A stretch of 64,000 nucleotides of DNA from Arenicellales bacterium. Its GTDB lineage: Bacteria; Pseudomonadota; Gammaproteobacteria; Arenicellales; JAJDZL01. Shown here piece by piece: positions 20,344-29,753 of this stretch. The stretch is taken from contig CBDAUA010000002.1 of NCBI GenBank assembly GCA_965200425.1, positions 65,392 to 129,391 on the forward strand, read 5' to 3'. The position numbers were made by a program, and so were the translations under genes. The notes under the pieces were generated by a model. The model was not told the origin of the DNA, ran no database searches, and saw nothing but the letters and a program-made list of their open reading frames with translations. Each line of letters begins with the position of its first letter. The stretch's first letter is position 1.

Positions 20344-21101
20344 TATTGAGAACTATCGTCAGTGCTAGATCCGAAGTAAGCTTCCTGCACTAACTTGTTG
20401 TCTTGAATTTCCGCGGGCGTACCCTCTGCAATTTGTTTGCCAAAGTTCAAAACCGCAATTCGGTCAGTAACATTCATCACTAACTCCATCACATGCTCAA
20501 CTAGAACGACCGTCAATCCGTTCTGTTTAAGCGTAAGGATACGTTTTTTTAAATCATCGACTTCTGCTGAACTCATACCTGCTGCTGGTTCATCAAGCAA
20601 AATAAGTTTCGGTTTTGAAGCCATGGCACGTGCCAACTCTAGCCGGCGCTGTTCGCCAAAAGAAAGATTGCTAGCCAAATGGTCTGATTTGTCGCCGAGA
20701 TCGGAAAAATTCAGCAAACTCTGTATTTCCTGTCTTCTTTCAGTTGAACTACCAAACCAATTTGAGATAAATCCTTTTTCTTGACCTGGTGTATCGCGCC
20801 ACGCAACCCAAAGGTTTTGCCAGACTGTTAGTGATCCAAATAAGCGAATGTTTTGAAAAGTACGAGATATACCTGCTTCAATTCTTTGGTGAGGTGCCTT
20901 TCGTCCAAGGTCATCGCCTTCGAATTCAATGGTTCCGGTGGTTTGCGGATAAATTCCACAGATTAGATTTACTGTAGTGCTTTTGCCCGAACCATTCGGA
21001 CCGATTAAACCGAAGACTTCGCCCTTGTCAACTTCAATGTTTAGTCCATCGACGGCGCGTACGCCGCCGAAATGCTTGGCGAGATCCGACAACTTAAGCA
21101 T
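20343..21101 (-). CDS. livG: ABC transporter ATP-binding protein LivG-like (first set)
   Basis: 252 aa. GPNGSGKST, LSFGEQRRLELARAM, ILLDEPAAG. Confidence 0.85.
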   Translation of the reverse strand: MLKLSDLAKHFGGVRAVDGLNIEVDKGEVFGLIGPNGSGKSTTVNLICGIYPQTTGTIEFEGDDLGRKAPHQRIEAGISRTFQNIRLFGSLTVWQNLWVAWRDTPGQEKGFISNWFGSSTERRQEIQSLLNFSDLGDKSDHLASNLSFGEQRRLELARAMASKPKLILLDEPAAGMSSAEVDDLKKRILTLKQNGLTVVLVEHVMELVMNVTDRIAVLNFGKQIAEGTPAEIQDNKLVQEAYFGSSTDDSSQ

Positions 21102-22011
21102 CGGCTCGCGTACCTCGCTCCCGAATACCTAGCAGTTTTCGCATATCAGAAAGAAAGTTACCATCAACCAAACCTTGTGGTCGAAGATTCATAGCCAAGA
21201 TAATCAAAAGGCCAAAAAGAATATTTCGGTAATCACCCATAAATCGAAGTCCTTCAATAATAACTCCTTGAATGAAAATTACCGCCAAAAGTGTACCAAA
21301 AACGTTCTTCACTCCACCGAGAATAGGGTAAGCCACCGCAAATGTGGCAAGTAAAATAGTAAAGGTGTGATGATCTACATAGGTCGTCGAATGCCCAAAG
21401 AGGCCACCTGCTACTCCGGCAATTACACCACCTCCAGTCATTGCCGCCACCTTGACTGTTGTCAAATTAACCCCCGAACTCTGCGCCGCTAATTCGTCTT
21501 CACCAACTGCTCGCAAAACGGCTCCCGTTCTCACGCGGTCCAACCACCAAAGCCCCAACATGACGATTACAACAACGAACCAAATTAACAAAACAACGTG
21601 ATATTGCTCCCAACCGTTTGCCGCGAAATATCGAATCTCCCGAAAGCCTTGCGTGCTGTCTGGACCGACTTCAAGCCCGTTGACTTGAACTCGCCAGTTC
21701 AAATTAAAGAAGAAGAGGCGTACGATCTCGGAAAATGCAATTGTGGCAACAACAAGCATCAAACCCTTTACGCGCAACGCCGGAAATCCGACAACGAATG
21801 CAAAGAACCCAGCGACGAGTGCACCAATTACCAAAGCTGGAAGTATATGCATCGAAAAAATTACTGTAAGTATCCCCGATGTATAGGCGCCGATAGCGAA
21901 AAAACCAACCTGTGCGAGGCTTAGTTGCCCTGTCAGCAACAGCAGATAGGCTGACAGACCCAAAAGTGTATGAACTCCAATTGTCTGAAGGATACTTAAA
22001 TAGTAGGCCAT
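21094..22011 (-). CDS. livM: ABC permease LivM-like (first set)
   Basis: 305 aa polytopic protein (SLAQVGFFAIGAYT). Confidence 0.82.
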   Translation of the reverse strand: MAYYLSILQTIGVHTLLGLSAYLLLLTGQLSLAQVGFFAIGAYTSGILTVIFSMHILPALVIGALVAGFFAFVVGFPALRVKGLMLVVATIAFSEIVRLFFFNLNWRVQVNGLEVGPDSTQGFREIRYFAANGWEQYHVVLLIWFVVVIVMLGLWWLDRVRTGAVLRAVGEDELAAQSSGVNLTTVKVAAMTGGGVIAGVAGGLFGHSTTYVDHHTFTILLATFAVAYPILGGVKNVFGTLLAVIFIQGVIIEGLRFMGDYRNILFGLLIILAMNLRPQGLVDGNFLSDMRKLLGIRERGTRADA

Positions 22012-22017
22012 CCGAGA

Positions 22018-22905
22018 TCAATCTCTATCGATTTTTGTTCCGAATAATCCATTGGGACGAAAAACAAGGAACAGAAACAGCAGCAAAAATACATAAATGT
22101 CACGTTCATTCACACCACGTACAAGTAGAAAAATGTTCTCTAAGGCACCAATCATAAAGCCTGCCAAAATCGCGCCACGAATGCTTCCAAGTCCGCCAAT
22201 GACTGTTACGATCAATCCTTTGACCGTTAGTGGCAAAGTCAAAAGTGGTGAAATCACACCAACTGCCGATACTGCTAGACAGCCGGCAAAACCACCCAAT
22301 ACGCCCGCAAGAATGAAAGTAATCGAATTGGTTCGATGAGTGGCGATCCCGCAAAGTAACGCCGCGACGGGTTGTTGCGAGGTCGCGCGCGCCGCGAGAC
22401 CTAGCTTTGTGCGATAGAGGAGGTAAATTATGACTCCCATTAGCACTATGCTAATAAACATCACGAACAACAAATCTCCGCGAATACCGAATTCGCCAAG
22501 ACTGAAATATGTGTCTGGCAAAGCGGTTGGAAACGAAATTGGAGATCCCGCTGTTTCGTGTATGATTATTTCATCAATAAAAAACAGAGCCCCGATCGAA
22601 GCCATCAATGGCGCTAAGTGATTTCCCCTAGGCATGAACCGAAAACATGTAATGTAGATGATCAATCCCAAAATGCCTGCTACGGCCGGGCCGATGATGA
22701 ATGCCGTAACGATCGGTACAGCAACAAGCGTAATACCAGCGAGCCCTGCGTAGGCACCAGCGATTGCAGATGCAGCGTAGGCTAGGTTTAACTTTTCCAT
22801 GGCCCCAAAAATCAAAGTAAAACCGAGACCAATCAAGGCGTAGGTTGAGCCGTATAAAACCCCGTCAATCAACGACTGGACTATATCGATGTGGTCAAAA
22901 TTCAT
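22018..22905 (-). CDS. livH: ABC permease LivH-like (first set)
   Basis: 295 aa polytopic protein (LIDGVLYGSTYALIGLGFTLIFGAMEKLNLAYA). Confidence 0.82.
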   Translation of the reverse strand: MNFDHIDIVQSLIDGVLYGSTYALIGLGFTLIFGAMEKLNLAYAASAIAGAYAGLAGITLVAVPIVTAFIIGPAVAGILGLIIYITCFRFMPRGNHLAPLMASIGALFFIDEIIIHETAGSPISFPTALPDTYFSLGEFGIRGDLLFVMFISIVLMGVIIYLLYRTKLGLAARATSQQPVAALLCGIATHRTNSITFILAGVLGGFAGCLAVSAVGVISPLLTLPLTVKGLIVTVIGGLGSIRGAILAGFMIGALENIFLLVRGVNERDIYVFLLLFLFLVFRPNGLFGTKIDRD

Positions 22906-22997
22906 GGCGGGAAAGCTTTACAGAATTGTCAATGGTGAGGTCTAGTTGATATGTTTCATCGTAACTTTTGAATATCACTCGTCTTGTTTGAGTCATC

Positions 22998-23036
22998 GTT
23001 TACAGCGACTAGGCTTATAACTAAATCGCTGTAAAC
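22998..23036 (-). promoter_or_regulatory. intercistronic stem-loop between the binding-protein gene and the first permease gene
   Basis: Perfect 11-bp inverted repeat GTTTACAGCGA (22998-23008) / TCGCTGTAAAC (23026-23036) with a 17-nt loop, in the only sizeable (153 nt) gap of the operon. No U-tract follows, so it is not a canonical intrinsic terminator. Confidence 0.4.
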
Positions 23037-23058
23037 TGTCATTTCAATGAATTCTCAC

Positions 23059-24318
23059 TTAGCGCGGATCGTGTATGACGGCCCATTGACCTTGTTGTGC
23101 CTGTACGAAGACGTAGGGTTTAAGCGCTTCGCCTTCGTCCTGTACTCGAGTCACCTTACCAATTAGACCTTCGGTTGTCATCAATGCTTGCAAGCCGTCT
23201 CGAATTTTCGCACGATCAACGTCAACCATCGCCGGATCACCACTGACACCAACCGATTCGATGACTTGTTTGATGATCATCACGTTTTCCCAGGCAGCAG
23301 CTGAATGAAGATCGGCATCGCCACCGTTCTCATTCGCTAACATTGCCACTTCTTTTGCCGCTTCGGTTATCGGTGCAAAACTAGTGGGGATAATCATACC
23401 TTCAGCTTCTTCGGCACATCCTTTCATAACTTCTTGCGAGGATGATGAAGTTAGGCCAATAATCAATTTTGGCTCTGCTCGCTGCCTACTCAGTTCCTTA
23501 AGCATGCCGCAGGTTGTAAAGGGGTGCGACGAAATGATGTAGATATCCGCTCCAGACCGTTTGAATGCACGTGCTTGTACGGAGAAATTTGTGTCCGCTT
23601 GTAGCCAATTGGAAGAAGCATCTCGAACTGCTTCAAAACCGCTACCGAGATCGCCGGTTAAACCCTCGATTTCACCTGCAGACCAAGTGAATCCATGTCG
23701 AGTTGCAGCTTGAACAATTACTTTTGAATAAGTCCCGTTTGAATGACCTTGATCCGTTTCGGTACCACCAAAAATTGTTTTCAAATCTGGGTAATTTGCA
23801 GCAACCCAGGCCCAGAGCTTGTCATACATGTCCGGCTCATTCGGAGTATTGCGGAAGGTCCATTGTGATATTTTGGCTAAGCCATTGCGAACAGCTGTAT
23901 CAGTTAAAATTGGAAAGCGAAGACCAGTATCTGTATCATCACCGACACTCTTCTGAAAAACTCCAAACATAGCAGCTGCTGCTCCGGAACAGGTTGGTCC
24001 AATTCCAACTAGCACGCTGGGGTCTGACGCTACTTTCCGAGCAACTGCGATTGCCTGTTCTGCATTGCAGGCACTATCATGGTATTGAAAAGCCAGCTTT
24101 GCCGCACTACCGTCGGCAAGCTTTATGCCGCCTGTATCATTCACTCGTTTAACGGCAGCTGTCATTACAGCTTCCGAGTTCACACCGAAAGACCGAAGAG
24201 GACCCGATTTCGCACCCCAACCAGCAATGTTTATCGTGGTTTCAGCTACTGCGGTCCCAATAAGTGTGAAAGAAAGCACACAAACGAAAGCCGAAACTTT
24301 AAATATGCGTAAATTCAT
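23059..24318 (-). CDS. ABC transporter periplasmic substrate-binding protein (type 1 PBP, LivK/amide-like)
   Basis: 419 aa. Signal peptide ...LIGTAVA|ETT, IAGWGAKSGP and GPTCSGAA motifs of Leu/Ile/Val-binding-family proteins. First gene of the operon. Confidence 0.85.
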   Translation of the reverse strand: MNLRIFKVSAFVCVLSFTLIGTAVAETTINIAGWGAKSGPLRSFGVNSEAVMTAAVKRVNDTGGIKLADGSAAKLAFQYHDSACNAEQAIAVARKVASDPSVLVGIGPTCSGAAAAMFGVFQKSVGDDTDTGLRFPILTDTAVRNGLAKISQWTFRNTPNEPDMYDKLWAWVAANYPDLKTIFGGTETDQGHSNGTYSKVIVQAATRHGFTWSAGEIEGLTGDLGSGFEAVRDASSNWLQADTNFSVQARAFKRSGADIYIISSHPFTTCGMLKELSRQRAEPKLIIGLTSSSSQEVMKGCAEEAEGMIIPTSFAPITEAAKEVAMLANENGGDADLHSAAAWENVMIIKQVIESVGVSGDPAMVDVDRAKIRDGLQALMTTEGLIGKVTRVQDEGEALKPYVFVQAQQGQWAVIHDPR

Positions 24319-25297
24319 AAATTATTCTCCGTTAACTTCTTTAGGCTACAAATTAAAAACAATTTTTATTCTTATAACATAATCGCAATCAATCAAGAAC
24401 CTTGGAGAGCCGTTAATACTGAGAGTTGAACAAAGTTAAACTTACATTCAGAACTTTTTACTAAGTTAATTTCTGTCGATCTTACAAAATCATAGGGGAA
24501 TGGTCTTATCACGACCACAAAAGAAGAATAGCAAAAAAGGTCTGATTCATTAATTTATAGACACTCCTTTTTGGAAAACATCGAGTGGCTGAATCGACTC
24601 TGTCCTATCTACGACGCACCTAAACGTACCAAAAACTCTAAATTCAACGAAATTCTCCCAAGTCTTGTATGCACTGACAAGACAACTCATTGTCAGTGAA
24701 ATTCGAATCTCTTCCAGCAACTAGTGTTCTGACTGGTTCATTTTCAGCACGTTTTGCGATGGTAGAAAAATTGAACTGAAAATCCCTGACAGAGATATAT
24801 CAATTAAGGTGACTTAATGGGCATACTGACCAAACGGGTGGTGGACATTGAGCGGAGCCTAAAGCGGTTGTCATCGCCACCTTTTCGACAATTGAATAAA
24901 ACCGTAAATCGATCAAGAAAATTGATGTGAGGCCTCGGTATTATGAAAACGTAGCTACTTCACTCTTGCGTTGTCCGCCCAAGGATAAATGGAACTTTAC
25001 TTTTGGAGACTTGTTTTTAGTCGCAAGCAACAAATTTAAACAGTACCTAATTTGCTTGTTCAGGTCAATTGGTAGTAACTAGGTTTATGCGGTACAAAAA
25101 GTGTGGTACTTTCGTGCACATTTCTGAACAGAAATTAAAGTATCTTTATAATGTATACAGGCTTAATTTCTGTGCTTTTGTGAACTTGTCTATTGACCGA
25201 GACTGCAAAACTAGCTCAACATCATCCTTAGTGGTAGACAAGAAATTTTAATATACTTAGTGCTCAGAATGCTTTGTGAGCGAAATAATTTTTATAC

Positions 25298-27355
25298 GTG
25301 AGAATTCCAATGCCTTTATTCCCTTCTGTACCAAACAATTCTTTTTGTTCTCGTTTTGAATTATTCTTGTCAATCAAAAATTTTCTTGAATTTCGACTAA
25401 TTCAGGTAATTTTTCTTGCGTTACTTCTTGTTTTGTTTTCTGCTGCCCTATACGCAGAAGAACATGATGAAAACGCTTTAGATTTTTCGATTGGCACAAC
25501 AATCTCTCACGGCATAAATTTACGTGCTTCGGATCCTGACGAAGACTTACTCGACAATCCAAATGGAGATGATGGGAACCGAAACTACGATAAAGGTCTA
25601 GTTAGCAATACCACCAAACTTACTTCAGATTTTAGTTTCCGGGGTGTTAATAGCGGCTTATTCGCTCGAATAACCGGCTATTTCGATCACTTGAATTTAG
25701 CTGATGATCGTGAACGTACAGTTTTGACAGACAGAGCCAAAGAATTAATTGGTTCGGATGTCAAATTACTCGATTTTTATTACTACAGGGATTTTGAGCA
25801 AGATCAAGTATTCGGTGATATTCGATTGGGTCAACAGGTGTTGAATTGGGGTGAAAGTACCTTCATTCAAAACGGAATAAATGTCGTCAATCCAGTCGAT
25901 GTTAATCGTTTGCGTACACCCGGCTCAGAACTTCGTGAAGCACTTGTTCCAGTTCCATTAGTCGCCGGTTCAATATCTCCAAATGACCGTCTATCTTTTG
26001 AAGCATATGTTCAGACAAAGTGGAAGAAAACTGAGATTGATCCGGTCGGCACTTATTTTTCTGATAACGACTATGTTGGCGAAGGTGGAAGTTTTGCCGA
26101 ACTCGATTTGAGAGAGCAAAATATCGATCTGCCTCCGAATGATCTAGATGATTGGTTGAAAGTGAATCGAGGTCCCGACATAAATCCAAAAGATTCTGGG
26201 CAGTATGGTGTCGCAATGCGATATTTGTCTGAGTCTTTTCACAATACCGAATTCGGTATTTTCTTCTCCAGATACCATAGTCGGCGACCGCTTGTTATCG
26301 CGAATGGGGGTAGCGGATCGGATTTGATGAATGGCGTAGCAGGAGCCGGAGAAATTGCGAAAGTCAAAGAAAGAATTGGTCAAGAAATAGGTAAAAATGA
26401 ACCTCAAGCAATCGTCGAGTTTGTAAATTCATTACCGGATTTAAATGGATTAATTGGACTTTCCCCGACTGAGAAACAACAACTAAGTGGCCAAATGATC
26501 GCTGTAGCTCAAGCCGCCGCAAATGCAGGTGTTTCACCTGAACAGCTGAAGATGAAGTACATTGATCCCTTCTTAGGGGGGTACGGAGCACAGATTGCCA
26601 TAGACCGTTATTCTAAAGGCACTAGTTATCAAGTCATTTATCCCGAGGACATCTCGGTCGTAGGACTTAGTTTTAATACATTGCTGGGTAATTCGGGATG
26701 GGCGCTTCAAGGTGAAGTATCTCACCGTAATAACGCCCCCCTACAAAGAGAAGATGGATCAATTCTTGAAGAAGGATTGGCACCGATCATCGGTGCAATT
26801 GATACCCGCCAGGGATGTCCAAGCCTGGGCGACGACAACCTCGTCACTAACTGCATCAATGGTATCGCCGCAGGCCTAGGTGACGGTACGACAATTGACG
26901 GGTTTGTTCGACGACCAGTATCCCAAGCACAGGTCACCGCGACCAAGCTTTTCGGTCCTGCTTTGGGTTCGGATGGCGGCGTCTTTGTCGTCGAAGCAGC
27001 TACAACTGTGGTACACGATATGCCGGATTCTGATGTGACTCCTCTGGAAGGGCCTCTCGGAACCGAAGCCACCGCTCTTTCTGCTGGACTTCGAGCGGCT
27101 ACAAGACTAGATTTCTATAACGCTATAGGGGCAGTTAATCTTTCTCCTTACCTACAAGTGCAATTAGACTTAGAAGGAATTACCCCAGCACCGATAAACA
27201 ACTTCGTGAAAGGTAGACAAACTTACACGGTTGGGGTGGGAGCCGATTATCTGCAAAATTGGAGCGGAAACATGAGTTATACATACTATTCAGGCGATTT
27301 AAACACCCTACGTGATCGGGATTTTTGGTCGCTAAATGTCAAATACTCCTTCTGA
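25298..27355 (+). CDS. DUF1302-type predicted outer-membrane beta-barrel protein
   Basis: 685 aa. Signal peptide ending LFSAALYA|EE, beta-rich and Gly/Asn/Tyr-rich, with the C-terminal aromatic end ...WSLNVKYSF. Paired with a DUF1329-like gene. The likely true start is the TTG at 25367, giving MSIKNFLEFRLIQVIF.... Confidence 0.65.
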   Translation: MRIPMPLFPSVPNNSFCSRFELFLSIKNFLEFRLIQVIFLALLLVLFSAALYAEEHDENALDFSIGTTISHGINLRASDPDEDLLDNPNGDDGNRNYDKGLVSNTTKLTSDFSFRGVNSGLFARITGYFDHLNLADDRERTVLTDRAKELIGSDVKLLDFYYYRDFEQDQVFGDIRLGQQVLNWGESTFIQNGINVVNPVDVNRLRTPGSELREALVPVPLVAGSISPNDRLSFEAYVQTKWKKTEIDPVGTYFSDNDYVGEGGSFAELDLREQNIDLPPNDLDDWLKVNRGPDINPKDSGQYGVAMRYLSESFHNTEFGIFFSRYHSRRPLVIANGGSGSDLMNGVAGAGEIAKVKERIGQEIGKNEPQAIVEFVNSLPDLNGLIGLSPTEKQQLSGQMIAVAQAAANAGVSPEQLKMKYIDPFLGGYGAQIAIDRYSKGTSYQVIYPEDISVVGLSFNTLLGNSGWALQGEVSHRNNAPLQREDGSILEEGLAPIIGAIDTRQGCPSLGDDNLVTNCINGIAAGLGDGTTIDGFVRRPVSQAQVTATKLFGPALGSDGGVFVVEAATTVVHDMPDSDVTPLEGPLGTEATALSAGLRAATRLDFYNAIGAVNLSPYLQVQLDLEGITPAPINNFVKGRQTYTVGVGADYLQNWSGNMSYTYYSGDLNTLRDRDFWSLNVKYSF

Positions 27356-27363
27356 GGTAATCG

Positions 27364-28731
27364 ATGCAGATTTTAAAAAAACGACTTATCGCAACGGTTT
27401 TATTATCCAGTTTTTTCGCGATTGCAGGCTCGGCTTATGCCGGTGTTAGTGAAGAAGAAGCTTCGCGATTGGGCGCCGATCTTACTCCCTTAGGTGGTGA
27501 GAAAGCTGGCAATGCTGATGGGACGATTCCAGAATGGAATGGCGGTATCACCGAAGCTCCTGCAGGTTATCAACTTGGACAACACCATATCGACCCTTTT
27601 TCGGGAGATAAGCCACTTTTTGTAATATCAGCAGACAATCTCGATCAACATCAAGACAAATTGTCAGTTGGACATCAGAACCTGCTACGTACGTATCCGT
27701 CGTATACGATGCCGATCTATTCAACCAGACGAAGTGCTTCTGCACCGCAGCGAATTTATGATGCAACAAAGCGAAATGCAACAACAGCTGAATTGGTCGA
27801 TGATGGTAACGGGGTTGCAGGCGCAGTTATCGGTACACCATTTCCCATCCCTAAAAATGGACTAGAAGCAATATGGAACCACTTGTTGCGCTTTCGAGGG
27901 ACTTCGTTGAGAAGAACTTTCGGTCAAGCAGCAGTAACGCGAGCTGGGTCATATACCGTTGTCAAGGCGAGAGACGAAGCAATCTTCAATTATGCGTTGC
28001 CAGACATGACGGAAGATAATCTAAACAACATTATGGTGCTTTATAAACAGGAAGCGTTGGCACCACCTAGATTGGCCGGTGGTATTATTTTGGCACATGA
28101 AACTCTAAATCGAGTTGCAGAACCTCGTAGAGCATGGTTTTACAATCCTGGTCAAAGACGTGTACGCAGAGCACCGGACGTAGGGTATGATACCCCGGCA
28201 ACAAGTGCTGACAACTTACGAACTTACGATCAATTTGATATGTTCAATGGTGCAGTCGATCGCTACAACTGGGAGCTAGTAGGAAAAAAAGAGATCTACG
28301 TACCTTATAACAGTTACAGACTACAAAGCGATTCACTGAAATTTAGCGACATTTTGACTCCACTTCATCCCAATCCAGAACATATGCGTTATGAATTACA
28401 CCGTGTATGGGTTGTTGAAGCTACGCTGAAAGAAGGTGCTGAACATGTTTACCAACGTCGAACTTTCTATATTGATGAGGACTCGTGGCAAATTTTGGTT
28501 GTCGACTTATATGACAATCGAAATGAGTTTTGGCGTCTATCAGAGGGGCATCCGATAAATTACTATGAAAATCCTTTAATGTGGACCGTATTACTCGTGC
28601 ATTATGATTTACAAGCTGGCCGCTATGTTGCCAATAACCTTGGTAATGAATATGAAGCAGTTGAGTTTCAGGTAGATCTTTCACCAAATCAATTTACTCC
28701 GGCCGCTTTACGTAGACAAGGTAAAAGATAA
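27364..28731 (+). CDS. DUF1329-type (LolA-like, outer membrane lipoprotein-sorting family) periplasmic protein
   Basis: 455 aa. Signal peptide ...FAIAGSAYA|GV. 8 nt after the DUF1302 gene. Family call is from remembered sequence character and conserved pairing, not from a search. Confidence 0.65.
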   Translation: MQILKKRLIATVLLSSFFAIAGSAYAGVSEEEASRLGADLTPLGGEKAGNADGTIPEWNGGITEAPAGYQLGQHHIDPFSGDKPLFVISADNLDQHQDKLSVGHQNLLRTYPSYTMPIYSTRRSASAPQRIYDATKRNATTAELVDDGNGVAGAVIGTPFPIPKNGLEAIWNHLLRFRGTSLRRTFGQAAVTRAGSYTVVKARDEAIFNYALPDMTEDNLNNIMVLYKQEALAPPRLAGGIILAHETLNRVAEPRRAWFYNPGQRRVRRAPDVGYDTPATSADNLRTYDQFDMFNGAVDRYNWELVGKKEIYVPYNSYRLQSDSLKFSDILTPLHPNPEHMRYELHRVWVVEATLKEGAEHVYQRRTFYIDEDSWQILVVDLYDNRNEFWRLSEGHPINYYENPLMWTVLLVHYDLQAGRYVANNLGNEYEAVEFQVDLSPNQFTPAALRRQGKR

Positions 28732-28763
28732 ATCACAGGCTTTGAATACCCTACACTACCCAA

Positions 28764-29708
28764 ATGGTTTACGTATATCGGTTTGCCTGGGTTCTTTTAG
28801 TTAGCATCATCTACTTGCCCACTAGCTACGCGTGTCCACAGTGGGCAGTGGAATCTCCACTTGCACAAAGCTCTCTGTTGACCGACGGTCAATCAGTCGC
28901 TTCCCGTTCTGTCGCAGTCGGTGAACGTGGACACATTTTGGTGTCTGTTGACAATGCAGAGAGTTGGAAACAGAGTCAGGTTCCAACCTGCAATTTACTT
29001 ACAGCACTGTATATGCTCGATGATCGCTTAGGTTGGGCAGTTGGACATGATGCAATAATCCTCCGCACCGTCGATGGAGGCAACAGCTGGGAAGTAATAC
29101 ACGAAGCTGTAGATGAAGAGCGTCCCCTCCTAGACGTTTACTTTCTAAACAAAAATGAAGGTGTAGCGATTGGTGCTTTTGGCTTCTATCTAGAAACTGA
29201 CGATGGCGGCGACACCTGGTCTGATCGATACATTTCAGAAGAAGATGATTTTCATCTGAATTCAATTACTGTAGCTTCTAGCGATCGTTGGTTCATAGCG
29301 GCAGAAGCAGGTGCAATCTATCGATCTGACGATCGAGGCTTAACTTGGCACTCTCTTGACTCTCCTTATATCGGCTCATGGTTCGCAATCCATGCACTTA
29401 ATGAAGATGTAATATTGATTGGGGGGCTACGAGGCAAGTTGTATCGGACAGAAGATGGTGGCAATAATTGGTCTCAAGTTTCTACCAACTCTCGATCTTT
29501 ATTGACCGATATCATTCAACTTCCCTCCGGTCGATTGCTAATTTCGGGAATGGAAGGTACCATTTTAGTAAGCGACGACCAGGGAAAAAGCGTTGTTGAG
29601 AAAAGCTTGTCGACTCGCTCAGGAATAACAACGATTTTACCGTTAGAAGATGAATCAGTCTTGTTAGTCGGCGAGTTTGGAATTCGTCAGCTTGCGAAGT
29701 TCGAATAG
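28764..29708 (+). CDS. BNR/Asp-box beta-propeller protein (Ycf48/HCF136-like)
   Basis: 314 aa with a signal peptide. Repeated SxDxGxxW boxes: SVDNAESW, TVDGGNSW, TDDGGDTW, SDDRGLTW, TEDGGNNW, SDDQGKS. Confidence 0.7.
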   Translation: MVYVYRFAWVLLVSIIYLPTSYACPQWAVESPLAQSSLLTDGQSVASRSVAVGERGHILVSVDNAESWKQSQVPTCNLLTALYMLDDRLGWAVGHDAIILRTVDGGNSWEVIHEAVDEERPLLDVYFLNKNEGVAIGAFGFYLETDDGGDTWSDRYISEEDDFHLNSITVASSDRWFIAAEAGAIYRSDDRGLTWHSLDSPYIGSWFAIHALNEDVILIGGLRGKLYRTEDGGNNWSQVSTNSRSLLTDIIQLPSGRLLISGMEGTILVSDDQGKSVVEKSLSTRSGITTILPLEDESVLLVGEFGIRQLAKFE

Positions 29709-29753
29709 CTTTGCTCGATACTTCATATTCCAACTAAAGAGAATATTTAGACG

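Noticed and set aside
24695-24710. An aattcgaatctc motif in the long intergenic region that resembles a tRNA/tmRNA T-arm.
   Set aside because: It lacks the flanking GG and CC of a T-stem, has no acceptor stem or CCA context, and no other tmRNA or tRNA elements surround it.
24817-24930. 37-aa ORF (MGILTKRVVDIERSLKRLSSPPFRQLNKTVNRSRKLM) in the 979-nt spacer.
   Set aside because: It is short, has no obvious RBS, and no family is recognised. It may be a pseudogene fragment or chance ORF, so it is kept only as part of the spacer finding.
25069-25251. 60-aa plus-strand ORF upstream of the DUF1302 gene.
   Set aside because: Low-complexity, AT-rich composition, no recognisable domain or signal, and most likely inside the promoter or leader region.
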